This document shows, one piece after another, positions 9,093 through 17,625 of a stretch of 64,000 nt of DNA. Below the pieces are notes generated by a model. The model worked only from the letters and a program-made list of their open reading frames with translations, was not told the DNA's origin and did not search any database. The stretch is from positions 85,219-149,218 of the forward strand of contig CAWDPO010000042.1 in the NCBI GenBank assembly GCA_963804165.1, written 5' to 3'. The stretch is from an uncultured delta proteobacterium. GTDB lineage: Bacteria > Desulfobacterota > Binatia > UBA9968. Numbering within the stretch: the first letter of the stretch is position 1; every line of letters starts with the position of its first letter. A program made the translations under genes and the position numbers.

Positions 9093-9664
9093 ACAGTCTT
9101 TTGTCGCGCGTTGAATTTGGTGTTGATGCTCAATGGCTCCGGCCGTTCTGCAGGCGCGGTGATCGCAACCGGTGCCGCACGTTCACTGATCGCGGCGCAG
9201 TCAGCGAGCGCTTGAATGTAGCCGCCGACCTGGCGCATGTAGCGCCGACAAGTACCCTCCACGTCGCCCGGCGAAAGGAACGCGCCATACTCCCGAATAA
9301 GCGTTGCCCGCTTAACTCGATCAACCTCGTCCACGTAAACCGTTTGCCTGATGTGCTGCCAGCCAAGCTTGCTAAAATGGCTGACCGCGTTGCGGATCTG
9401 GTTTGGCACCTCGAATAACTTTTCGATTTCCCACAGTAGGTGAGAAATTTCCTGATGAGCGATATTGGCCGCCTTTACCTCGGCAACGAAGGGCTTGGCC
9501 TCTTTCTGAAAGAACGCGTCCAAGGCTGTTGCACGTTCGATTCCTTTCGGCGTTATTGCGTCGAGCTCCTTACGAAACTCTTTGACTGCCTCGGCCTTTC
9601 GCTTTTCGATTTCCTCGTCTGTAGGCCCGCCGACTACTTTTAGCTGGTCAGAGAAAGAATTCAT
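9089..9664 (-). CDS. Hypothetical protein of the element
   Basis: 191-aa ORF with a strong AGGAGG RBS. Confidence 0.75.
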   Translation of the reverse strand: MNSFSDQLKVVGGPTDEEIEKRKAEAVKEFRKELDAITPKGIERATALDAFFQKEAKPFVAEVKAANIAHQEISHLLWEIEKLFEVPNQIRNAVSHFSKLGWQHIRQTVYVDEVDRVKRATLIREYGAFLSPGDVEGTCRRYMRQVGGYIQALADCAAISERAAPVAITAPAERPEPLSINTKFNARQKTV

Positions 9665-9677
9665 GAATATCCTCCTT

Positions 9678-10154
9678 TTACTTTTGTGTCGCGAAACGGT
9701 GAATTAATTTGATGATGTCTGGATCATCGAACAAGCCTGGATAACGCTCGTAGAGCGCCTGGCCTTGCTCCATGGGTATGTGCTTCAGTGCAAAACCGTG
9801 AACAACGGCGATATTATCGTCGTACCGATCGGCCCAATCAGATCGGAGCACTCCCTCTGACGCTGCGCGCGCTGCAATGGGATCTTCATGGCTCTGGGCG
9901 TCGAAGTCGCGAGCAGCCGCCGCCATCTGCTGTTCAAGTTGTCCGCCGCCAATCACTTCCTCGCCGGGATATTTCAAATCAAAAAGTGCATCCACCAGCG
10001 CCTTAGCCTCAGCGTCGCCCGCATGAAATTTGTGATGCATCGCATGAGATGAGTCACGGATAATTTTTTCCGCCTCTTTGACGGCGCCCTCGGAAGTCGG
10101 CATTTGTCCCTGAAAGTAGCTGGGCAAATCGATTCGCCCGGTGATTTCGCTCAT
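9678..10154 (-). CDS. Putative capsid scaffold-like protein
   Basis: Acidic helical protein with LRSDWADRYDDN...GLFDDPDIIK and EAEKIIRD...H...LVDALFDLKYP segments recalling podophage scaffolds; GAAAGGA RBS. Confidence 0.45.
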   Translation of the reverse strand: MSEITGRIDLPSYFQGQMPTSEGAVKEAEKIIRDSSHAMHHKFHAGDAEAKALVDALFDLKYPGEEVIGGGQLEQQMAAAARDFDAQSHEDPIAARAASEGVLRSDWADRYDDNIAVVHGFALKHIPMEQGQALYERYPGLFDDPDIIKLIHRFATQK

Positions 10155-10199
10155 AGTGTTTGTTCCTTTCTTCCATGTGTGTTTTTTCCAGATTTTGCT

Positions 10200-10328
10200 G
10201 TCAAACCGTCAAAACGATTTATGAGTTCGACACTTGAGTCGTTTTTTCATGTGTCAAATGGATTCCCCTTTTGACAGATAGAAAAATCACTTCAGTCTTT
10301 ATTCTTATTGCTGTCTTGACGGTTTGAC
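10200..10328. other. Putative replication origin of the element
   Basis: 13-bp inverted repeat GTCAAACCGTCAA (10200-10212)/TTGACGGTTTGAC (10316-10328) enclosing a TGTCAAA/TTTGACA pair and AT-rich DNA at the 3' end of the rep gene. Confidence 0.6.
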
Positions 10329-12357
10329 GGATAAATCTCGATATTATCGGGAAGGTAACGCGCGCGCAGCTCCTTGACCCATTCACGCCCGATGGAATAA
10401 CCCCTACTCTTGCCGTCTTTTGACGGCCTGGGGTATGCCCCAAACTTCTTTAACTGTCCAGCGAGCTTTCGCGTCGAATCGATCCAAGACAGTTCAGCCG
10501 TTACCCTCGCGAGTAGATCCGCCGATAGAACGAATATGGTTTCCTCATCCGGCTTTTCGTTGAGACATGCCTCTAAGACGGTAACGAGTCCGGAAAGCGT
10601 AGAGTCTTCCGACGCGGTGCCCTTCGTGCCGGCCATGTCGCGCAGTAGGTCGCAGAAGCGCTCAGTTACAGCACCGCGTCCGTTGGAAAACTCGCAATCT
10701 GAAAAGATGGCAATTGTTAGCAGCGGTTCAACGATGTCTAAAAATCTATCGTCAAGGTCCTTAAGTCTATCGGTTGTCGCCAAAATATCATCGATGCCGT
10801 CATATAAATCGGCGATTCCCTTCTCGCGTTCGGTTGCCCACAGCCGCAAGTCCGTCCGAAGCTTTTCTAATTCTCTGCCTTGGCGTCGGATCGTAAAACG
10901 TTCGACGGTCTCGCTCGCCGTCTTACGGCTCATCGTGACTAATAGACTACGATCGGCGAGCGTATCGCTAAGGCTGTTGATACCCGCCAACGCCTTAGGA
11001 CAAAACGCATTGAAGTAGATGACTTCAAATCTATCCTCTACTCTTTGGGCTCGCGGCACTTTCGCGCCGCTCTGGAATCCCGCGTTGAGCAGTCCCATGA
11101 CATTGCTAAATTTTTCCCTGTCCTGATTGCGTAGCGATTCAAGCTCATCCAACAGCATCGTCGCGCCGCTATCTGCCAGCCGGAAAATAACGGCTTCGCT
11201 GGCGTTGGATAGGCGCGGCGTGGCTTGTGCGGCAAGTTGGCCGATGATCTCAAGCACAAGGGTTTTCCCGCAGCGCAGTACAGGTGAGTTGAGATGCAAA
11301 TAGCCGAAGTAGGCGAACAAGCGGTGCAAGTAGGTTCCCATCACCCACAGCGCGAGCAATAGCGGATAGCGTTTTTCTCTAAAAAACACGTAGCGGGAAA
11401 AAATAGCTTCGAGCGTATCTATCAAGTCGCGCGTCCGCGGCACTGGTGGGTAAAGTTCGATCGGCGCCGCCGCTGCTATCGCTTGCTCTAGTGCCGCTGT
11501 GAATTGTGCTGCGTCTTTGCACGTCAGCCACAAAGCCCGCGGATCTTTCTCGGGTAGCGAGACCGCCTTAACCGTGCTTCGATACTCGGCGCCCTTTAGC
11601 GCCGCCGTAATGCTCGAAACGAACTGCTCGCCGGCGTTGCCCGGCTCTTGCACAATGACAATTTCAGGGAAGGGTACCAGGCATAGGACCATTTCCGGCT
11701 TGAAGTTCCCGGCGCCCGGTATTCCAAGCGCCGCAATTCCGCAATGGGTTAAAACATGAACATCGCTGGCACCCTCGACGACGACAAGCCGATCTTTAGT
11801 TTCCGGTAACTGCCAAAGGCCGTAGGGTAAAACCTTATCGCCCTTGCGCCACGAGAAGCGCTGATCTTTTTTGTCGCCCTTTCCAGCTTGTGCCGACGCT
11901 GCACTGATATAGTCGCGCCGCTTTCATCCTTGTAGGGAATCTCAATGCCGGCTTCGTCATTGGTGAGTGAAAAGGTCTCGAGTAGAAAATTCTCGGGTAA
12001 CGCGCAAAAGTCAGCATACTCTGCGACCGTCAACGTCTTGGCTTTTCGCCTCGGCTTTTCCTCGCTGGTATCAATCTTGAACTTGCGAGCAAGGTCCTTG
12101 GCTGCATCGACTGGTTCTATGAAAAGCTCACCAGCGAGCAATAGATCGATATTCGATCCACCTTTGTGGCAACCGAAGCACTTCCAGCGATTCGTTTCAG
12201 TGTTGATCTTGAATGATGGCGTTTTCTCGGAGTGAAATGGGCAAATCGTAACGAGATCACGGCCGGAATGATTTAGTTCCAGGTTCGGAAAATACTCTCG
12301 AACGACCGACTCTATGGGAATCGCTCTGATGCGCTCGAATAGATCGCCGTGACTCAT
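10292..12357 (-). CDS. Replication protein: CHC2 zinc finger + TOPRIM + DUF3631, one frameshift at ~11870
   Basis: CPFHSEKTPSF...WKCFGC; VVVEGASD in the shifted frame; SPVLRCGKT, LLDE, LLNAGF and DTLADRS. Confidence 0.85.
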
Positions 12358-12996
12358 GCGTTTTTCAGTTCCGGAAAAACGTCGAAGGCCCGCCCGACCG
12401 CCGCCTCGGATAGCCGACCTTCGCAGAAGGCCATAACCAGTCGTCGCTTAAAATACCGCGCGTTGTGCGGGCTTCGGGCGCTCACCAATGGCGACTGGGA
12501 TCAAATGCTCGATGATCTCTATTTCGCTTTAACCGCTACGAAGCGTGGCGCCGAAAGGAACGACAAATACTCAGCGATCGTTAAAAACAAAATTGCTGTG
12601 TGGGAAGCGCTCGAAGAGCTAAGAAAGAGTATTGAGGCGGATGACGACGACACAACCGAACCGATCTTTCGCCGTAAAATGAACGACGTAACCCTCGTCA
12701 TCCGGCGCCGTGATGATCAAGGCGGCACATTTAATTGGGACGTTGAAAGCGATGACTTCGCTACGCTGATTTTTTTTGAATTTGCCAACTTGTTAAAAAT
12801 ATCCGGTCTGAACATATACGACGTTCACCGCTTCTCAAACGAGACATGCAAAAGACCTTTCATTCCCTTGAGGCAACCGCGCGAGGGCAGTCCCGCGTAC
12901 TGCTCAAACGGATGCGCCAGGATTGTAGCTGCAAGAAATTATAGAGCGAACAAAAAAAAGGCAAAGGCGAAGGCCAAGAAAAAAAAGCGTAAGTAG
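12349..12996 (+). CDS. CGNR-zinc-finger-like protein, 5' end uncertain
   Basis: C-terminal CKRPF...YCSNGCARIVAARNYR with a basic tail; first expected Cys is Phe. Confidence 0.55.
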   Translation: MTHAFFSSGKTSKARPTAASDSRPSQKAITSRRLKYRALCGLRALTNGDWDQMLDDLYFALTATKRGAERNDKYSAIVKNKIAVWEALEELRKSIEADDDDTTEPIFRRKMNDVTLVIRRRDDQGGTFNWDVESDDFATLIFFEFANLLKISGLNIYDVHRFSNETCKRPFIPLRQPREGSPAYCSNGCARIVAARNYRANKKKAKAKAKKKKRK

Positions 12997-13433
12997 AAAC
13001 GAAACGGCCGAGCCCTGCGCTAACAGAGACACCGGCCATGAACGGGGACCACCTTGCGAGCAATCACGCCATTCGTGCGCGTTCCACTAGCTCGTTGCCG
13101 GTGTATGAAAAGCCCCTCTGAACAAGCCACCCTGTACGTTTGATTTTTTCGTTCATCTGCAAGGGTTAATTCGACCGTTCTTGTCCAAAAACAGGGCGTT
13201 AGAGCGCCGTGGTTTCGCGGATTTATCCCGAAATCCCCTTGGCATACCTATTGCGCCCCTAAGGGACAAGGAGAAACCATGTATGGAAAGGATTCTCGAT
13301 TCCAACACTCCTCTTAAATTGCTGAACCGTCTCGCGAACATCGATTGGGCCTTCCACATCTTTGGCTAACCTACTTCAGCATTGTACTTGGTGCCTTCCG
13401 TTACTTTCTTAACGTCTGAATACCATCCGCCCG

Positions 13434-14416
13434 GTGGTGCGATTGAGTAGGAAGAAATCGGCGGAAAAGATTTCGTTCATCGAACCGATGTACGCACTCG
13501 CCGTGCGGCCTTTGCCCGAAGGCGATTGGCTCTACGAAATCAAACTCGACGGTTATCGCTGTCTTGCTGGCCGTGACGCTGACGGCGTAAAGCTCTGGTC
13601 GCGGCGCGGCAACGAATTAACTTCTCAATTCCCTACAATTGCCAACGCCTTTAAAAAACTTCCGTCCGGTACGCTCATCGATGGTGAGATCGTTGCGATG
13701 GATGCGAACCGCCAGATCTCCTTTAACCTGCTCCAGCACCATCGTTCACAGGCTTCGGCAATATGGTTTTTTTGCTTTGATGTTCTAATTCGATCCGGAA
13801 AAAGCATTCTTCAGCTGCCACTCATAAAGCGACGCGATTCCCTTGACGACATGTTACGGCAGGTGCGCAAGGATTCCTACGCTGTCGATGTTTCACAAAT
13901 CCTTGTCGCTGGTCCTTCAGAGATTATCCGTACGGTTAGCGAGTTCGGGCTTGAAGGAATCATTGCCAAGCGGCCGAATTCAATCTATGAGCCAGGACGG
14001 CGCAGCGGCGCATGGCTCAAGTACAAGATCAAACAGGGTCAGGAGTTCTCGTGATCGGCGGCTACACACCCGGCAATCCGTTCGATGCCGTCATCGTCGG
14101 ATATTACCAGGACGGTAAGTTATTCTACGCGGGAAAAGTTCGTGCCGGCTTTGTGCCGCACGTCAGGCGCGAGATTATGGCGAAGATGAAAGCGTTAAGA
14201 ATCGACGCTTGCCCGTTTGCCAATCTACCGGAGAAAAAGCTCACGCACTGGGCGCTCACCAGAAAAGAGATGAAAAACCGCGTCTGGCTCGAGCCGAAAC
14301 TCGTCGCCCAAATAGAGTTCACCGAATGGACTCCAGACGGCCACCTCCAGCACGCGAGTTTCAGCGGGTTACGAACCGATAGGGACCCGCAGGAAGTTGC
14401 TTGGGAGCTCGGTTAA
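13434..14416 (+). CDS. ligD: ATP-dependent DNA ligase (LigD ligase + OB domains), frameshift at ~14050
   Basis: EIKLDGYR (motif I), DGEIV, FDVL, EGIIAK, YEPGRRSGAWLK, EF/VIGGY and WTPDGHLQH. Confidence 0.88.
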
Positions 14417-14721
14417 GCGGAAAACGACGCATGCGACGACGCACCCGCGGGCGTGAGCTTGCAATCGTCATCAGTAGCCAATTTCGACAATTTAACCTGA
14501 TCCGTTCAAGCAGCGGCGTTTTGCAGGCGTATTTGCCGTTAAGTCCAGGAGCATTACGCTCTCACGCGTCGGTTTATTTCCTCGCTAGTTCCCAGATACT
14601 CTTTTCAAAATCACGGTACGGCGGTTGCTCAAAGTCCCCCTGCCGGTGACGGGAACCGCAACTTGATTTTACAACCTCGTCAATCTCGTACCTCGGCGCA
14701 ATTAATACAGCCACGCTCTTT

Positions 14722-14814
14722 ATGCTTTACGACCTTCTCCTAGCCGCCATAATCCTGGTACTGGCAATGCTTGTGCCTAAGCAGCCGCAGCGATGGAACC
14801 TAGTCCTGTGCTGA
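14722..14814 (+). CDS. MLYD membrane micropeptide, copy 1 (30 aa)
   Basis: MLYDLLLAAIILVLAMLVPKQPQRWNLVLC; N-terminus similar to copies 2 and 3. Confidence 0.45.
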   Translation: MLYDLLLAAIILVLAMLVPKQPQRWNLVLC

Positions 14815-15245
14815 TGCAGATAATTCGATATTTGATTACGGCGGCGCAGGCTGTCCTAGCCGTGTCGGTGATTATTGCGGGCGTCTCATCCGAAAATCAT
14901 GCAGTCGGTCTGGTCTTAGCTTTTGTGGGAGCAATTCTTGTTTTCCATTTGCTTATGAAGACTCCCGTGAAAGGAACGTTCCTCTGTCCGCGTTGCTCTA
15001 CGCGAATCAAACGCGGCACGGCTAAATGCCCTCACTGCAGCGCCCGTCTTGTCCTCCGACCGAAGGCAACATTCTATCACCGCGGCGCCAGAGAGATCCT
15101 GGCCGACGCGATCAATCATCCACGCGACCACAGTATCCGCGAGCGTGACTTGAATAGCACTGAGATTGTGATAACCGAACGGCACCATGCTTTACGACAT
15201 CCTCGTTGCCGTCCTGATCCTCATACCAACAGTGTTCGTGTATAG
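14793..15245 (+). CDS. Two-TM membrane protein with a zinc ribbon
   Basis: Two TM segments, then CPRC...CPHC. Confidence 0.65.
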   Translation: MEPSPVLMQIIRYLITAAQAVLAVSVIIAGVSSENHAVGLVLAFVGAILVFHLLMKTPVKGTFLCPRCSTRIKRGTAKCPHCSARLVLRPKATFYHRGAREILADAINHPRDHSIRERDLNSTEIVITERHHALRHPRCRPDPHTNSVRV

Positions 15246-15268
15246 ATGGACATGTCGCGCTGACATGC
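15143..15268 (+). repeat. ~125-bp diverged direct repeat (partner 16105-16228)
   Basis: Shared ACGGCACCATGCTTTAYGACATCCTCGTTGCCGTC...AGTGTTCGTGTATAGATGGAC plus upstream similarity. Confidence 0.85.
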
Positions 15269-15384
15269 CGAAGAAAATCGAGAGAGCCGGAAGCCGAAAA
15301 GAAGAACACTCTTTCGCAGCTGTCTCAGTGACCAATCAGGTAAAGACCACGCCTGCCAAGTTGGAGCAAGAGCACGCGTTCTAA
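15187..15384 (+). CDS. MLYD membrane micropeptide, copy 2 (extended to 65 aa by a 2-nt indel)
   Basis: MLYDILVAVLILIPTVFVYRWT... Confidence 0.55.
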   Translation: MLYDILVAVLILIPTVFVYRWTCRADMPKKIERAGSRKEEHSFAAVSVTNQVKTTPAKLEQEHAF

Positions 15385-15794
15385 GCTTTACGCGGTGTGA
15401 ACTCCCAACGCGCCGGCATTCTCGCTAGCTCCGCATTCAATCGGTCGATCTCTGCCTTAATCTTTTCATCTTTGGTGCGAAGGTATCGACTGCCAAGCCG
15501 GCCTAGGCGCTGATCGATCGCGTAGCGGACGGCGGCATGAATGCCGGCAAAGTTAACGCGAAGGTTTTGCTGTTGCCCTTCGCCCTGCTCGCCACCGAGG
15601 CTGAAAGGTTGCGGCGTGCGATCGAGGTGATGTCGGAATGCTTTCGCGTGCCCTTGCGTATCGATGTAGCGCTCGACCGCGTCTAGTGCCTCGTGAACCT
15701 CGGGCGTATCGATGCGGTGCTCTTTGCAATTGAGTGTTGCGTCCTCCAGTATTTTGAGGGCTTCAAGGACTCGCACACGACCATTTAGACCCAA
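15381..15794 (-). CDS. Hypothetical protein
   Basis: 137-aa ORF with protein-like composition; start uncertain. Confidence 0.55.
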   Translation of the reverse strand: MGLNGRVRVLEALKILEDATLNCKEHRIDTPEVHEALDAVERYIDTQGHAKAFRHHLDRTPQPFSLGGEQGEGQQQNLRVNFAGIHAAVRYAIDQRLGRLGSRYLRTKDEKIKAEIDRLNAELARMPARWEFTPRKA

Positions 15795-15929
15795 AGGCCG
15801 TGATACTGAAAATATATTCAGGTGTCAATCGGAGAAACTAATGGAAAATTCTGTTTTAAGGTTGACAGGCGTGTCCGTAATTGACCTATATTAACCTTGG
15901 TTTCCTACCTACATTTTAGGGGGCGCACC

Positions 15930-16100
15930 ATGGTCAAAGATACGCAATTGACGGAGCTCCAATCCGTTAATGAGAAGATGGCTCAACTCTCAAGACAGAT
16001 TCTAACCGAGCCATACAGCCCAAAGCGTGAAGAACAAGTAAGAGAACTCGGCCGACTTAAAGAGCAGGCAAGGCAACTACGAAACGAACAGCTGAACTGA
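15930..16100 (+). CDS. Small helical hypothetical protein
   Basis: AGGGGG RBS; amphipathic 56-aa ORF. Confidence 0.55.
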   Translation: MVKDTQLTELQSVNEKMAQLSRQILTEPYSPKREEQVRELGRLKEQARQLRNEQLN

Positions 16101-16104
16101 ACGC

Positions 16105-16228
16105 GCGTGGCTTGAACAGCGCTGATGTCGGTGATAACTGCACGGCACCATGCTTTATGACATCCTCGTTGCCGTCGTAGTTCTTGTACCAGTAGTGTTC
16201 GTGTATAGATGGACGCGGCGCTAACGCC
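16105..16228 (+). repeat. ~125-bp diverged direct repeat (partner 15143-15268)
   Basis: Manual alignment with 15143-15268. Confidence 0.85.
16150..16224 (+). CDS. MLYD membrane micropeptide, copy 3 (24 aa)
   Basis: MLYDILVAVVVLVPVVFVYRWTRR*; differences from copy 2 are mostly synonymous or conservative. Confidence 0.6.
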   Translation: MLYDILVAVVVLVPVVFVYRWTRR

Positions 16229-16272
16229 CATTAGCTTGCAATCAAACCCTCTGGGCGATAAAGGCAAGCGTC

Positions 16273-16446
16273 ATGCCCTACCCGCTCCGATTCTACCTGT
16301 ATCTCTTCGTCGCTAACGTCGCGGTGTTCCTCGCTGCTAAATGGCTTTCTCCGTACGGCCTCGGCTCCAATCCGGCGTTGTCCTTAGGTGCGGCCTATGT
16401 CGTCATTCTCATTCGCCGGCGGGTGCTCGGACGAAAGAATTTGTAA
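16273..16446 (+). CDS. Small two-TM membrane protein (57 aa, below the ORF-track cutoff)
   Basis: MPYPLRFYLYLFVANVAVFLAAKWLSPYGLGSNPALSLGAAYVVILIRRRVLGRKNL. Confidence 0.55.
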   Translation: MPYPLRFYLYLFVANVAVFLAAKWLSPYGLGSNPALSLGAAYVVILIRRRVLGRKNL

Positions 16447-16580
16447 TGACATGCAATCGAGCACAGCCGCGGGCGTGAAAGAACGAGGCTGCACCGCAAG
16501 GTCGGCCCCGTTTCTATTCTTTGCATGACGGTATAATGGGTTGTTGTTTGGCTCTCTAGCCTGAGCTAGACCTTATTCGG

Positions 16581-16739
16581 ATGAGGCGCAACCGGCATAG
16601 TTCCAAGCCGCGCCGCTGGAAGCGTAGCCACGCATTCACCACCCGTCATCGATGGAACCTCCGGCTAATCCGGCTAATCATAACCGTTGGTATCATTGCA
16701 CTACTGCTACTGCACCTACTGCGCATTATTTTCTTTTGA
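16581..16739 (+). CDS. Small Arg-rich protein with a C-terminal TM (52 aa)
   Basis: MRRNRHSSKPRRWKR...LIITVGIIALLLLHLLRIIFF; TATAAT ~45 nt upstream. Confidence 0.45.
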   Translation: MRRNRHSSKPRRWKRSHAFTTRHRWNLRLIRLIITVGIIALLLLHLLRIIFF

Positions 16740-16994
16740 GCCCGCACCTCTCCCGGCATGCCTGCGTAACCCGACCAGCTGCCTCGGGTTAGTCTCTGCG
16801 ATTTTAAGCACACGGCTGCGGTAATATCGCGGATCTAGCCCAAGAGTGGCGCACACCCATTTGTAGCTGCCAACGTCTGCCGACATTGATTCAAACCACG
16901 CGCGGGCGTTGCGTTGTCTGGAGTCGCGCGTAACGCCGGCAACGTCCGTAGTTGCCTCAATCAAAACGCCGAGCCAAAGCGCTTTTTCTTCCAT
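16716..16994 (-). CDS. Phage-type small hypothetical protein
   Basis: LWLGVLIEA...ARAWF...SYKWVCATLGLDP, a pattern I recall from prophage proteins. Confidence 0.65.
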   Translation of the reverse strand: MEEKALWLGVLIEATTDVAGVTRDSRQRNARAWFESMSADVGSYKWVCATLGLDPRYYRSRVLKIAETNPRQLVGLRRHAGRGAGSKENNAQ

Positions 16995-17123
16995 AGACAA
17001 TTTGTCGCTTTTCCGACAAGTGCCGGCCTTGTTGACAAGGGCGCCCTAAGTAAATAGTTTCGCGCCGCTGTGAAGCTCCGCAATCACCCTGGAATAAGCA
17101 CCTAGCCGCCGAGCTGGCTTGCA

Positions 17124-17369
17124 ATGTCGGGAGCGCACGAGAAAAGGTCGCCCGGTGAATCCGCCGTCCTCACGCACGTTGCTCTCTCCAAAATTGACCC
17201 GATAACGATTTGTTATCTAACCGTGCAATTTGAGAATGAGGAATACTTGGGAACTCTGCTCTGCAAAGGTCCCGAACTTTGTCGCACTGTGTACCAAATC
17301 CTGCAAAACCATATTGGAAAACCGATGAATGAGATTGGCGATTTCGACTTGCCCTACCCATCAACATAA
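17124..17369 (+). CDS. Hypothetical protein
   Basis: 81-aa ORF; TTGACA-N17-TAGTTT upstream. Confidence 0.55.
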   Translation: MSGAHEKRSPGESAVLTHVALSKIDPITICYLTVQFENEEYLGTLLCKGPELCRTVYQILQNHIGKPMNEIGDFDLPYPST

Positions 17370-17406
17370 GAGCTCTTCAAGTCAGGGCTCAGAAAGTAAA
17401 GGTTTT

Positions 17407-17625
17407 ATGCCAAAGCGCACGACAAAGCAGCCGCATATGTATTCATTTAGCGTTCAATTTGAAGGCAAGAAATACGAAGCGAGCTACTCTATACAGTCTG
17501 GCGTCGTCACTGTTACTTCCGATTACGGCTCTCAATCAACTCATGCTGGCGGAAAAGCCGATTTAACTGCGCGCATGTTGCTCCGCGAAATCCTGGAGGG
17601 TGCGAAAGCTCGCGGTAAACTTTAA
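17407..17625 (+). CDS. Hypothetical protein
   Basis: 72-aa ORF with an AAAGG RBS. Confidence 0.55.
   Translation: MPKRTTKQPHMYSFSVQFEGKKYEASYSIQSGVVTVTSDYGSQSTHAGGKADLTARMLLREILEGAKARGKL

Noticed and set aside
15143-16228. DGR template/variable repeat pair
   Set aside because: Differences are not adenine-specific and I found no reverse transcriptase in the window.
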